A DNA stretch of 61,251 bases, counting the filler. It is 6 parts of 6 records of this genome, joined end to end, with 100 filler letters (N's around TTAATTAATTAA, not from the genome) between each part and the next. Parts side by side here need not be neighbours in the genome. Positions count along the whole stretch, not along the records: positions 27,499 to 41,362 come from SRR31156797_8210; 5 more parts are not named here. One strand, written 5' to 3'. Under the pieces are notes generated by a model that ran no database searches, had not been told where the DNA came from, and was given only the letters and a program-made list of their open reading frames with translations. The translations under genes and the position numbers were made by a program. Below, piece after piece: positions 31,701 to 41,225 of this stretch. Every line of letters starts with the position of its first letter. The first letter of the stretch is position 1.

Positions 31701-33093
31701 GGCTTATATACCTGAGAATAAAAAAGATCATTTAAATAATAAGTTGAGAGAAGTTACAAATAAAACAAAACTATTTTTTGCACTGGAAGCTGAGCAGGAT
31801 TTTGATTATCAAGGGAATATTCAGAGTGAAAGACAGTATCCGGATTTTAATAACGGAAAAGGAGTGTCGCTAAATAACGGAGTACTGAGCAGAGAGTTTG
31901 ATATATTAAAAACAGCTGATTATTCTATGCTTCTGCGCCTGAATAATAATCTATATGAGAGTGGTTATGTAGATGTAGAGATATTAGATATAACTGGTGA
32001 GGGAGTTTATGAAACTGAGTTCGGAATCTATAATGACAGTACCTCTACAGTAAGAAATACTGTGATTGACACTGATTATTTCAAGACATTTATCAGAGAG
32101 TACAAAGAGATCGATAATCAGGTAAAAAATATCAAAGAGATCGAGCTTAATAAAATTAATTTAAAACAGGGACGATATACTTTAAAAATAAAATTAAATA
32201 GTAATATTCGACCACAAAGCAGTATCTATGATCTCAAGAAATTTGACCCAAGCAGAATTAAAGAGAGCAATGAATTTATAGCGAAGAAGAAAAATGCTGA
32301 CGGCTGTGACTGTATTAGAATAACTGATGACATGTATAGGCATTATATTAGAAACGGTACTTTTTACGCGGAGTTTGATAAAACATGCTCATCTGATTGG
32401 TACGAATATGGAAGTAATACTATCTGGGTAAGTGAAGAGAACGAGTATCTTTTTACGGCTGATATTATATCAGAAGGAGGAAGAAACAGACATATAAAAT
32501 TAGAGATGTTGGATAGAAATGATAGAGTTATAAAAGCAGTTCAAATCCCCGATGTACCGGAAGAGGATAAAAGTAAATGGAATCATTATGAGAAGATAGT
32601 ACAAATTCCAAAAGGAGTAAAAAAAATTATAGTAAAATTCTCAATTAAAGGAGAAGAGGAGCGAGATGGCTTAATGAGAGTTAAGAATTTCCAATTTCTT
32701 AAATACTCAAATTTGATTACCCTTGATAATGTGGTAATGTTTGAAGGTGATAATAAAGATAAGTTTTTTCAGCATGATAAATTTTATCAAGTTAAAAATA
32801 TAAATAGGCTAAATGAGATGCATACTGATTTTGAACTTGATATCGCAAATGGTGAGAATAAAAATATGTTGATAAATTATATGGAGAGTTACCATCCTAT
32901 TTGGCAAATAAAAAATATAAAAAATCAGAGACCATATTTAATTAATGGATTGACAAATTCTTATTTATTTGAAAAGGAAACTGATGATGTTTCTGGTAAA
33001 TATAGTATTAAGACTGTAATGAAAAATGTATATTATGCAGGCCTATTTTTTCTACTAATAGGACTTGCTTTATTACTTTATCTTAGACTATAA
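28630..33093 (+). CDS. Large GT-C-type membrane glycosyltransferase (AftD/YfhO-like) with extracytoplasmic carbohydrate-binding-like domains
   Basis: Multi-TM N-terminal roughly 480 aa with FSDLDFP, GLFYALNPW and FRDPNK motifs; long beta-rich soluble region; ESYHPIW...INGLTNSY segment followed by a terminal TM helix. Confidence 0.6.
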   Translation: MRKMKIKLISQKILKMIKKPIVYLEKSIDSIITKQKFELFSIIMMFLLILIFLEPLFKSGHIVFSDLDFPKEAQSYLDQIFGLWNGRWSTGTMFNLPRLLYIVIPYAISSLFGFDGEILLETFLVLLIFNSALSMYIFSENIIAVYFKEKFDFYRVFIVVTAGLFYALNPWVIFRIQHIYLLCGYSFFPIVINYFLYIFHPKFIIYRNPDDYIFGKKLIKQNYRDIATLCFFISISAGAIHYFFYIFFYLGIIFGLIMLKYPLYFLFKYGKDKAKRYIISNIKKVVVAAIFFGLFNFYWLSIYLGSIVLDLGVSQHNINVIDTLVMFSKNSSPVKVIYLISYWWPMFNLNDLPLSFYLGGGVILFFVIAGVFFRFLKDNIVVWFTLTSLIFIFMSTGVELTNFAKIFVGITKLPVFGNIFRDPNKTIGILALNYSVLLIFGLEHIYNYINDTTRGRLLKLSIMALIVLGFTYYIKPLRDNFIEGFYFPIEIPKEFAELNEELNKQDKVLYMPNAENMLRSVEGTATPFWNKNPYSQGIAKSTADFHVYNSKADTVFHHEGSTLSITYYLNYLQHLLDNGITKDFRLYLQPFGLNKYIYHNEYTEQEDRQNFNEKILSLQDNMNISYKNDIFKVYDIGKRERIRAIYKKVLTPYSYTHLAGYREIGDFNLKDYGVLHSTLNFQNNLKLMEQDDYVEIIEKNDLLLSNLDEKYYIAPFDYINDGNVFLRWSKTFLKNSDWEWFMRINEIDNFKFEHDFAKGVAVTFSGAGLKAPAYEEDELEGRVVLDFDSILKLDKFFIADNPDIFEVYANPVSAYSKFPVIFGEIAKDYPRRLWQVAKSELLPIRENMFYRFNLKLSGRGTNKMHFKVRFYDVHMNELSINYIVAPSEEVNFNGVNFFGECISPKESKYMRIDLLSYQRPSQKVYWWIHDMKIYEYEGETKRNIVEMKKSFEKETKAELYARVFFSRKGGELKFIINKKEIALNTYSKYRNEFRWIKIDEIEFNKGENKIELENITGFNAVNILAYIPENKKDHLNNKLREVTNKTKLFFALEAEQDFDYQGNIQSERQYPDFNNGKGVSLNNGVLSREFDILKTADYSMLLRLNNNLYESGYVDVEILDITGEGVYETEFGIYNDSTSTVRNTVIDTDYFKTFIREYKEIDNQVKNIKEIELNKINLKQGRYTLKIKLNSNIRPQSSIYDLKKFDPSRIKESNEFIAKKKNADGCDCIRITDDMYRHYIRNGTFYAEFDKTCSSDWYEYGSNTIWVSEENEYLFTADIISEGGRNRHIKLEMLDRNDRVIKAVQIPDVPEEDKSKWNHYEKIVQIPKGVKKIIVKFSIKGEEERDGLMRVKNFQFLKYSNLITLDNVVMFEGDNKDKFFQHDKFYQVKNINRLNEMHTDFELDIANGENKNMLINYMESYHPIWQIKNIKNQRPYLINGLTNSYLFEKETDDVSGKYSIKTVMKNVYYAGLFFLLIGLALLLYLRL

Positions 33094-33111
33094 CAAAGGC
33101 AGGGGTTAAAA

Positions 33112-34245
33112 ATGGCTGGAATAATATATTTGTATGAAAATGAAGAAGATTTGAGACTTCGCAGAATTCTCAATCTATATGAGTTTAGAACTATCAGGTC
33201 AGGAGCGGATTATAAATTTGATGATACGGAGATGCATTATGAGCTTGTAATTATTAGACTAAAGGAGAGAAGTGAAATAATAAAAAAAGCAAATGCACTG
33301 CGTGCAAAACGAGCAGACATTCCTATTATGATAATTAGTGATTATTATCATTCTTTTGATTTTAATTTAATCAAAGAGATAAAGGGTTATGGACAGGTTA
33401 AGATATTTCCGCTAGTCAGAGAGGATAGCCTGAAACTAATAGAAGCAGTCAATTCAATGATAACACCTCATTATCCCAGTAAAACAGAGAATATTGCAAT
33501 TGTTTTACCAGTATTTAATGAAGAAGAAAGATTCCACAATGTGATTAATTTTCTAAAGAAACTTGAACTGTTTCTGGAACATGGTTTTCTTAATGCAAGA
33601 GTGCATTTTATAAACGACGGAAGTAGTGATAAAACCAATGAACTGCTTATAAGAACTATAGAAGAATCGAAAGAGTTATCTGATTTTATAAGTGATAGGG
33701 GATTTATATCCATAAAAGAGCTGAAAGAAAATACCAGAAAAGCAGGGACATATATAGAGGGAATAAAGAGTATAGAGTGCGATATAATGGTCTTCGTAGA
33801 TGCAGATGATTCATTTGAAGTAGAGGATATAGCTAAAATGATAAATATACTAAAAGAGGGCTACTATGACATGGTTGTTGGTTCAAAAGATTTTACAGCT
33901 GAAAAAAGAAGTCCTGTCAGAAAATTAATGAGTTTTGCTAAAAGAAGCCTGACGAAAGGTCTATTACCTAAAGGAGTGTATGACGCACAAACTGGTCTTA
34001 AAGCAATGAAGTTTGATACTGTAAAATATATATTCCCATATCTTCAAGTAGAACAAGGGCTTGCAATTGATCTGGAGATGCTGTATCTTGCTAAAAAGTT
34101 TCGATTTAGAGTTATGCAGATGCCCGTTAGATGTATCGACAGAGAAGGCTCACATGTGGATATAGTTAGGGATTCGATTAAATATATTCAGAGTATAATT
34201 AAGATAGCTTTTGGAAGTTATAACTTAAACAGGCAGGATTTTTAG
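33112..34245 (+). CDS. GT2 polyprenol-phosphate glycosyltransferase (DPM1/Alg5-like) with an N-terminal degenerate receiver domain
   Basis: IVLPVFNEEER, INDGSSDKT, FVDADDS, DAQTGLK and DLEMLYLAKK; the N-terminal roughly 120 aa include REC-like ELVII and DIPIMIIS. Confidence 0.75.
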   Translation: MAGIIYLYENEEDLRLRRILNLYEFRTIRSGADYKFDDTEMHYELVIIRLKERSEIIKKANALRAKRADIPIMIISDYYHSFDFNLIKEIKGYGQVKIFPLVREDSLKLIEAVNSMITPHYPSKTENIAIVLPVFNEEERFHNVINFLKKLELFLEHGFLNARVHFINDGSSDKTNELLIRTIEESKELSDFISDRGFISIKELKENTRKAGTYIEGIKSIECDIMVFVDADDSFEVEDIAKMINILKEGYYDMVVGSKDFTAEKRSPVRKLMSFAKRSLTKGLLPKGVYDAQTGLKAMKFDTVKYIFPYLQVEQGLAIDLEMLYLAKKFRFRVMQMPVRCIDREGSHVDIVRDSIKYIQSIIKIAFGSYNLNRQDF

Positions 34246-34262
34246 ATACAGAAATAAGGGAG

Positions 34263-35468
34263 ATGATCATAATGAAGATAATGCAACTCATCAAGAAAAA
34301 TCAGATGATCATATTTCCCGTTTTTGATATAGCCTTAAATGGTGTTAACTACTTTTTTCATATCTTTTGTAGTTGGTATCTGCTTGCAAAAGATTATGGT
34401 GTACTTAATTCACTGCTAAGTATAGTAGCGATACTTTTTGTTAGTGGTATATCATTTCAGATATATACTGCCAAAGAGGTCTCGGCCAGGCAAAGCACCT
34501 TATTTATCGGTGATCTGCTTAGAATAGTAGTTTTTTTTTCCTTGAGTGCTTTTGTTATTTTCACTTTATCTATAAAGTTTATTATTAATTTAACCCATTC
34601 AAATAGCTTAAATGTAATTATCTTAATAACAATCTTTATGATAAACATATATTTAAGTGTTCTTCGTGGGGTTATTCAGGGTAAAAAAGAGTTTATGAAC
34701 TTAAATATTAATTTTTATATAGAAGTTTTATCAAAGATGCTGATACTAATACTCTTTCTGCCTTATTTCAAAAACATATTAATTGTACTTTTAAGTATTT
34801 TGATTGGAATGAGTTTAGCTTTGATTCACCTTTTATATATTTTGCGAGAGGAGCTTAATATACATAAATCAGGTGAGATTATATCGCTTAGTGAAATAAG
34901 CGGAGTATTTATCTCAAACTTTTTTATATATTATTTTACTTCTGTAGATATGATTATAGTTAATTATTTCATACAAGAGATAGCGGGAGTGTTTGCAGTA
35001 ATCCTGCGATATAGTCAGATCTTAATGTTCGTTTCATTTAGTTTATTTACAGTATTTCTTCCCAGCTTAAGTGAAGTGAGTGCAGATAAAGAAAAATTTA
35101 AAGAGAAGGCACTTAAGTTTTTAATGATTTTTACCGGAATAAATATGCTCTTAATGATTTTCTATTATTATCTGGCACCATTCACTATTGAGATTTTATT
35201 TGGTGAAAACTATATTCAGGCGGGAAAATACCTGATATTCGGTGCTTTAGCATATTTTATGCTTGTAGCATGTTTTTATATAGTCAATCTGAATATTGTG
35301 CTTAAACGACGAAATTATTTGTATTATTTAGCATTATCAGCATTTGTCTTAACTTTTGCTTTGATAGTTTTTCATAAAGATATTCAAATGATACTAATAA
35401 TAGAAATTCTAGTTTATTTGTCATTATTTATAATGCTTGTATTTGATTTAAGAAAGAAATATAGGTGA
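34263..35468 (+). CDS. Oligosaccharide flippase (Wzx/MOP family)
   Basis: About 12 hydrophobic segments; LLAKDYGVLNSL, RGVIQG, DMIIVNYF, LFGENY. Confidence 0.75.
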   Translation: MIIMKIMQLIKKNQMIIFPVFDIALNGVNYFFHIFCSWYLLAKDYGVLNSLLSIVAILFVSGISFQIYTAKEVSARQSTLFIGDLLRIVVFFSLSAFVIFTLSIKFIINLTHSNSLNVIILITIFMINIYLSVLRGVIQGKKEFMNLNINFYIEVLSKMLILILFLPYFKNILIVLLSILIGMSLALIHLLYILREELNIHKSGEIISLSEISGVFISNFFIYYFTSVDMIIVNYFIQEIAGVFAVILRYSQILMFVSFSLFTVFLPSLSEVSADKEKFKEKALKFLMIFTGINMLLMIFYYYLAPFTIEILFGENYIQAGKYLIFGALAYFMLVACFYIVNLNIVLKRRNYLYYLALSAFVLTFALIVFHKDIQMILIIEILVYLSLFIMLVFDLRKKYR

Positions 35469-35472
35469 GGTT

Positions 35473-36621
35473 ATGGAGAGAGCAAAAATAACAATTCTTT
35501 TTCTGTCATGGCGGGATATTAAGGCACCCAAACGCGGTGGCGCCGAAGTATTCACTCATGAGATGCTAAAAAGAGTTGATAAAGAGAGATACAACTTAAT
35601 TCACTTTTCCCCTGAATATATAGACAAACAGGGAATCCCTTCTCCACTTGAAGAGGAGATAAACGGAATCAAATATCTTAGAAAGGGAAATCCAATCTCT
35701 GTAATATTGGAAGCCAGAAAATATTATCATAGAAATAAAAGAGAGATTGATTTTGTAGTTGATCAGTGTAATACACACAGGTTTTTTAGTAAGTTGTGGG
35801 TTAATAAAAAGAAGAGAATATTTTTTATTCATCAATTAACCAGAGAAATTTGGTTTATGAATATGAAATTTCCATTTAATTATATAGGTTATTTCAGCGA
35901 AACACCTTTTTTACGTTTATCAAGGAAAGATTACGCAATTACAGTATCTGATTCAACCAGAAAAGATCTTTTAAGAATAGGTTTTAAGAAAGAAAAAACT
36001 TATATTTTACCTGAAGGTCTTGATTTTATTCCCTGGGATAAAGAAAAATTTCTTGAAAAAGAAAAGGAACCGACCTTTATATACGTTGGCAGGTACTCTA
36101 ACTATAAAGGAATAGATAAAACAATAGAAGCTTTTGCCAGAGTTAAACATTTACAAACTAATGCTAAGTTATGGATAGTCGGCAAAAGAAATGATCAATA
36201 TATAGAAGAAGTTATCAGACCGATATTAGCTAAATATCAAACAGATGAAAACAGTATCATGTTTTGGGGCTTTGTAACAGATGAGAAAAAACTTGAGCTT
36301 ATGAGTAGAGCCCATGCTTTGCTTTTTCCGTCAAGCCGAGAGGGTTGGGGCCTCATAATAACAGAGGCTGGAGCAGTGGGAACTCCGAGTATAGGTTATA
36401 ATTCACCCGGTATAAGAGATGCTCTTGATATGGGAAAATCAGGATATTTATGTGCTGAAAATACAATTGATGAATTAGTTGATAAAATGGAGGAAGTTAT
36501 AAAAGATAAAGAAAAATATACTGAAATGAGAGAGAAATCTTATGAGTTTTCTAAAAGATTTCATTGGGATTACACAGCAGAAGCATTTGATAAATTTATA
36601 AATAGTATAGTCGAAAAATAA
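35473..36621 (+). CDS. Glycosyltransferase family 4
   Basis: LFLSWRDIKAPKRGGAE, YVGR..YKG, REGWGLIITEA..VGTPSIGY. Confidence 0.9.
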   Translation: MERAKITILFLSWRDIKAPKRGGAEVFTHEMLKRVDKERYNLIHFSPEYIDKQGIPSPLEEEINGIKYLRKGNPISVILEARKYYHRNKREIDFVVDQCNTHRFFSKLWVNKKKRIFFIHQLTREIWFMNMKFPFNYIGYFSETPFLRLSRKDYAITVSDSTRKDLLRIGFKKEKTYILPEGLDFIPWDKEKFLEKEKEPTFIYVGRYSNYKGIDKTIEAFARVKHLQTNAKLWIVGKRNDQYIEEVIRPILAKYQTDENSIMFWGFVTDEKKLELMSRAHALLFPSSREGWGLIITEAGAVGTPSIGYNSPGIRDALDMGKSGYLCAENTIDELVDKMEEVIKDKEKYTEMREKSYEFSKRFHWDYTAEAFDKFINSIVEK

Positions 36622-36654
36622 TAAATTATTCAACTGGAAAGAGCAGGTGTTGCT

Positions 36655-37533
36655 ATGGAAACAGTAACTATTGTAATGTCAACGTATAATAATGAAGATA
36701 TAATAGAGAAATGTATCATGAGTTGCTTAAATCAATATTATAAAAATCTGAATATATTGATAGCAGATGATGGTTCAACAGATTCTACTCTGGAGATAGA
36801 GCAACGTTTAGAGCAGGAATATGATAGGCTAAAAGTATTTGCGCTGCCTCATGGTGAAAGAGGAGTTGCGAGAAAAACAGTTATTGATGAAGCCAAAAAA
36901 CTAAAGAGTGATTATCTATATATTATAGATTCGGATATGATACTAAAAGAGGGCCTGATCAATGAATGTCTGGATTATTTCGAAGAAAATTCAAAAGTAG
37001 GAGCGCTTATAATTCCTGAAATTGCATTTTCAGAATATGATAATTTTATGAGTAAAGTGAAAGTATTTGAACGAAATATTATCAATAATGCCGGTATTAA
37101 TATAGGTGAAAACTCAATAGAAGCAGCGAGATTTTGGAAAATGAGTGAATATGAAAAAACTGGAGGAATTAATCCTAAGCAAATCTCTTTTGAAGAAACT
37201 CAGCCGACTATTCGTTATGTAGAGATGAATGGTGTGATAAAAAGAGCTGTTTTTACAGGAGTTATGCATAATGAAAAAAGAGTAACTCTGGAAAATATCC
37301 TGAAAAAGAAAAAATACTATTTTTCAAAAATGCCTACTACTTTAAATAGTGAAGAATCAGGATTTATGAAAGCCTTAAAAAGATGGTATTTCTTCCGACC
37401 TGTGCTATACAGATATGATAATATCCAAGAATATTTCAAACATCCGGTATTAACATTTGGGATGTTATATATGTATTTACGACTTACTTTGATAGGTGTA
37501 GGTGAAATAATAAAATCAAAAAATAATTCCTAA
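36655..37533 (+). CDS. Glycosyltransferase family 2
   Basis: TIVMSTYNNE, ADDGSTDST, IIDSDM. Confidence 0.88.
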   Translation: METVTIVMSTYNNEDIIEKCIMSCLNQYYKNLNILIADDGSTDSTLEIEQRLEQEYDRLKVFALPHGERGVARKTVIDEAKKLKSDYLYIIDSDMILKEGLINECLDYFEENSKVGALIIPEIAFSEYDNFMSKVKVFERNIINNAGINIGENSIEAARFWKMSEYEKTGGINPKQISFEETQPTIRYVEMNGVIKRAVFTGVMHNEKRVTLENILKKKKYYFSKMPTTLNSEESGFMKALKRWYFFRPVLYRYDNIQEYFKHPVLTFGMLYMYLRLTLIGVGEIIKSKNNS

Positions 37534-37574
37534 AAAATTACTGGAAATAATATTAAAAAAATAGATATAAAACT

Positions 37575-37606
37575 CGGGTTCTTAATTATAAGAACTCGTT
37601 TTTTTA
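37575..37606 (+). terminator. Intrinsic terminator closing the glycosylation operon
   Basis: CGGGTTCTTA-atta-TAAGAACTCG hairpin followed by a T-run. Confidence 0.7.
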
Positions 37607-37812
37607 TTTTATAGAAGTTTAGAAGCTATAGAATTAAAGTATTTCTGCAACTTTTTTTAGTTAAACAAAGTAATAATTTTAAAGAAGTGACATAAAGGTA
37701 TAAGGATGAAAAACTGTTTGCTTTGTATGAAATGATTGTGATACAATTTAAAAAAAGAATAAAAAAATTAAGTTAATGTAAATATTAAAAAAATATAAAT
37801 AGAGGAGCGGGA

Positions 37813-40704
37813 ATGAAAAAAGTTAAATTAAAAACATTATTATTATTTATTTATATAATTGTATCGACTGTTTTATTTGCGTTTGATTATAATATAAGTT
37901 TAAGTGGGATAGAAAAAAATTATTTGAGTAGAAATACTAATAAAATATATGTCGGATATTCCAATGATGAACCTTATGCCTTTAATGATGATGGGAATGC
38001 ACGAGGTTTCACTATAGATGTTATGAAGAAAATTGCAGAAAGAATTGGTGTTGAAATCGAATTTAATTATTATGATAACATTTCAACGAGATTAGAAAAA
38101 TTAAGGAAAAATGAAATTCAAATATTAACTAATATAATTTATTCGAAAGAGAGAGAAAAATTATTTAACTTTGGAGAGCTGAATATTGAGGCAAGATTTG
38201 CCATATATGTAAGAGAAGGTGATTCAGAAAAAAACTCTCTTGAAAAACTTAAAGGGAAAAAAATTGCTGTACTTGATAGTTATGGTTTGAATTCATTAAT
38301 AAAAAAATACTGTCCAAATGCAGATTTAGTTTACGTTGATTCACCGGATGAAATGTTAACTAAAGTATCTAAAGGAGAAGCTGATGCAACGATAATTGGT
38401 GAAAATGTAGGGAACTATAAAGTTCTAAAATTAGGCCTACATAATTTAATGATTGGAGCTTATGCTGATTTTGATGAACTAAAGGATACAAAAGTTTATG
38501 CTTATGTAGTTGATAAAGATAATGAAGTTCTTAGTTCTATTTTAGAAAAAGCTTATGAAACTTTAACTAAAAGTGAGATTTTAAATATTTGGAGAAAATG
38601 GACAAAACCACAAAGTTTTCCTTCTGAGAATAATTTGCTGAAATTATCAGCAGAAGAGATTGCCTATCTTGAAGCTAGAGACTATCTATCAGTTATGAGT
38701 TTGGATCAGTTTCAACCCTTTAATTTTGTCAGAGATGGAGAGGTAACGGGTTACTCAGTTGATTATATGAGATTGATAGCTAATCTATTGAATAAGGATT
38801 TGAAATTTATTCAAAAACCTTGGAGTAATCAGCTTGATATGCTCAAAAAAGGTGATTTGGATATTATTCCACATATTGCAAAAAATTCAGTTAGAGATAA
38901 ATTTGTTGATTATACTGATTTTATGCACTTGACATATTTAACGGGTTTTATTGTACAACAAAGTAGTGAAATAGATAAAATGGAAGATCTGGCTAAAAGA
39001 AAACTTGCCGTGGTGAATAAAACATATATTCATGATTATTTGGTAGCGAATTTTCCAAATACAGACTTATTACTTTTGGAGTCCACTGAAAAGGTAACTG
39101 AAGCTGTTGCACAAGGAAAAGCTTATGCAGGAGTGGGAAGTTTACCGACATTTAATTACTTTATTCAGGAAAAATGGCTTGGAAATTTAAAAATAGCAGA
39201 TGTTAGTAATTTTGGTTTAGCATTGGAAACCAAAATGCCAATGGGAGTAAAAAAAGGTAATAGAGTACTAAAATCAATACTGGAAAAAGCGCACGCAGCT
39301 GTACCGGAAGAAGAGATTAACAAACTAAAACATAAATGGCTAAATATGGAATTAAATACTTATAATCCAAATAAACTATCAGTTAGAGAAGAGACTTTTG
39401 TAAAAAATAATTCTATAATTAGATTTAGAATTAGAAATAACAGACCGCCTTTTGAATTTGAAAAAGATGGAAAACCTGCCGGTCTGACAGTTGATTACTT
39501 GACTGTTATTGCAAAAAAAATCGGACTAAATATTGAATTCATTTTAGATGATAGCAGTTCTAAAGAAGCGCTTAAAATAATGAATAAGCGAGATAAATTT
39601 GATACTCTTGCATATTTAGTAAAAAGTGAAGAAAGAGAAAAAAGATTTGCATTTGGAGATTCATATCTATCATATCCAATGATGATAATAAGTCATAAGA
39701 AATCTTCATATATAGGAAAAACAGCAGATTTAAGAGGAAGAAAAGTAGCTGTTGAAAAAGGTTTTTTAACTAAAGAATGGCTCAATAGAGATTATTCGGG
39801 TATAAATATAGTTGATGCTAAAGATACAAAGGAAGCATTGCAAATGGTTAATGATGGAGAAGTGGATGCATATGTGGGAAATCTGGCTATAGCAAACTAT
39901 ATGATGACACATGGAGGTATGAATAACTTAAAAGTTCAAGCTCCGTCTGGCTATGGCGATATCAATTATCATTTCGTTGCTCCGAAAGAGTGGCCTGAGC
40001 TGGTATCTCTTTTAAACAAAGGTCATAATATGCTTACGGCAAATGATCATACTTTGATACAGCAGAGATGGTTCTCTCTACAAGTAATGGAAACTTTTAA
40101 TTACAGACTATTAATACAGATTATAGTTTTATCTTTTATTTTTATAGTTACTATATTGTATTGGAATCGTCAATTATCACTGGAGAAATCTAAAACTAAA
40201 AAAGCATTAAAAGAATTAAAAGAAGTATCGGTAAGAGATAAACTAACTTCACTGTTTAATCGAATTAAACTAGATGAAGTTTTAGAAGATGAATTTGAAA
40301 GAGCAAAAAAATTAGATAAAACTTTTGCATTGATTATTATAGATATTGATTTCTTTAAGCGAGTTAATGATACTTACGGTCATAATGTAGGAGATAAGGT
40401 ACTGATAGAGTTCTCCAATCTTTTAAAAGAAAATTTTAGAGATGTTGATACGATAGGTAGATGGGGAGGGGAGGAATTTTTAATAATTTGTCCCGAAACC
40501 AATAAAGATGAAATTATAGTAGTTGCTGAAAAAATTAGGCAGATTATAGAGAAAAATCAATTTGAGCAGGTAGGTCGTGTAACTGCAAGTTTAGGTTGTA
40601 GTGTTTATGGACAAGATGAGTTCATTGATGACGTTATAGTTAGAGCTGATAATGCTCTCTATTTGTCGAAAAATAGCGGAAGAAATCAAGTTAATTATGA
40701 GTAA
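37813..40704 (+). CDS. Diguanylate cyclase with three periplasmic PBPb domains
   Basis: Signal peptide; three repeats beginning EPYAF, QPFNF and PPFEF; one TM helix; RDKLTSLFNR, DIDFFK.VND.YGH..GD, RDVD I-site and RWGGEEF. Confidence 0.9.
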   Translation: MKKVKLKTLLLFIYIIVSTVLFAFDYNISLSGIEKNYLSRNTNKIYVGYSNDEPYAFNDDGNARGFTIDVMKKIAERIGVEIEFNYYDNISTRLEKLRKNEIQILTNIIYSKEREKLFNFGELNIEARFAIYVREGDSEKNSLEKLKGKKIAVLDSYGLNSLIKKYCPNADLVYVDSPDEMLTKVSKGEADATIIGENVGNYKVLKLGLHNLMIGAYADFDELKDTKVYAYVVDKDNEVLSSILEKAYETLTKSEILNIWRKWTKPQSFPSENNLLKLSAEEIAYLEARDYLSVMSLDQFQPFNFVRDGEVTGYSVDYMRLIANLLNKDLKFIQKPWSNQLDMLKKGDLDIIPHIAKNSVRDKFVDYTDFMHLTYLTGFIVQQSSEIDKMEDLAKRKLAVVNKTYIHDYLVANFPNTDLLLLESTEKVTEAVAQGKAYAGVGSLPTFNYFIQEKWLGNLKIADVSNFGLALETKMPMGVKKGNRVLKSILEKAHAAVPEEEINKLKHKWLNMELNTYNPNKLSVREETFVKNNSIIRFRIRNNRPPFEFEKDGKPAGLTVDYLTVIAKKIGLNIEFILDDSSSKEALKIMNKRDKFDTLAYLVKSEEREKRFAFGDSYLSYPMMIISHKKSSYIGKTADLRGRKVAVEKGFLTKEWLNRDYSGINIVDAKDTKEALQMVNDGEVDAYVGNLAIANYMMTHGGMNNLKVQAPSGYGDINYHFVAPKEWPELVSLLNKGHNMLTANDHTLIQQRWFSLQVMETFNYRLLIQIIVLSFIFIVTILYWNRQLSLEKSKTKKALKELKEVSVRDKLTSLFNRIKLDEVLEDEFERAKKLDKTFALIIIDIDFFKRVNDTYGHNVGDKVLIEFSNLLKENFRDVDTIGRWGGEEFLIICPETNKDEIIVVAEKIRQIIEKNQFEQVGRVTASLGCSVYGQDEFIDDVIVRADNALYLSKNSGRNQVNYE

Positions 40705-40760
40705 AGTGGCTTAAGCAGTTATTACTTTCTAGTATAATTAAAATTCAACTCAACTTTTAT

Positions 40761-40793
40761 AAAAAACGTGTAGAGCTAATCTACACGTTTTTT
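40761..40793. terminator. Bidirectional terminator
   Basis: AAAAAACGTGTAGA-gctaa-TCTACACGTTTTTT between convergent genes. Confidence 0.75.
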
Positions 40794-41052
40794 ATTTATT
40801 GTAATAGTTATCTAAATCATCATTAGTTAAATAACTCGCCATTTTAAATAATATTATTGGATTTATTTCTAGTATTTTGCTGATTTTGACTAAATCTTCT
40901 AAGCTAGGAATTGATTCTAGTTTTCCGTCTTCAATTTTTAACCAATATGAATAGCTAAAATCATATTTTTCTTTTAGTTGATATAAGTCAATTTTCTTAG
41001 ATTTTCTAATTGATTTTATATACATTCCAAATGAAATTAAATCTATACACAT
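40792..41052 (-). CDS. XRE-family helix-turn-helix protein
   Basis: FGMYIKSIRKSK...SYSYWLKIEDGK..IPSLEDLVKISKILEI; AGGAGG RBS. Confidence 0.75.
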   Translation of the reverse strand: MCIDLISFGMYIKSIRKSKKIDLYQLKEKYDFSYSYWLKIEDGKLESIPSLEDLVKISKILEINPIILFKMASYLTNDDLDNYYNK

Positions 41053-41225
41053 AACATTTCCTCCTAAATAAACTTCTTTTTATTTAACATGTTAACATGA
41101 TTTTGATTTAATTGTAACGGTAATTAATTACCGTAAAGTGAATTAAGGTGTTGAATGTAGTAAAAATGAATTGAAGTCTTCAAAAGGTTTTTACTCGAGA
41201 TTTTACAATAGGTTGCCCTTACTAA

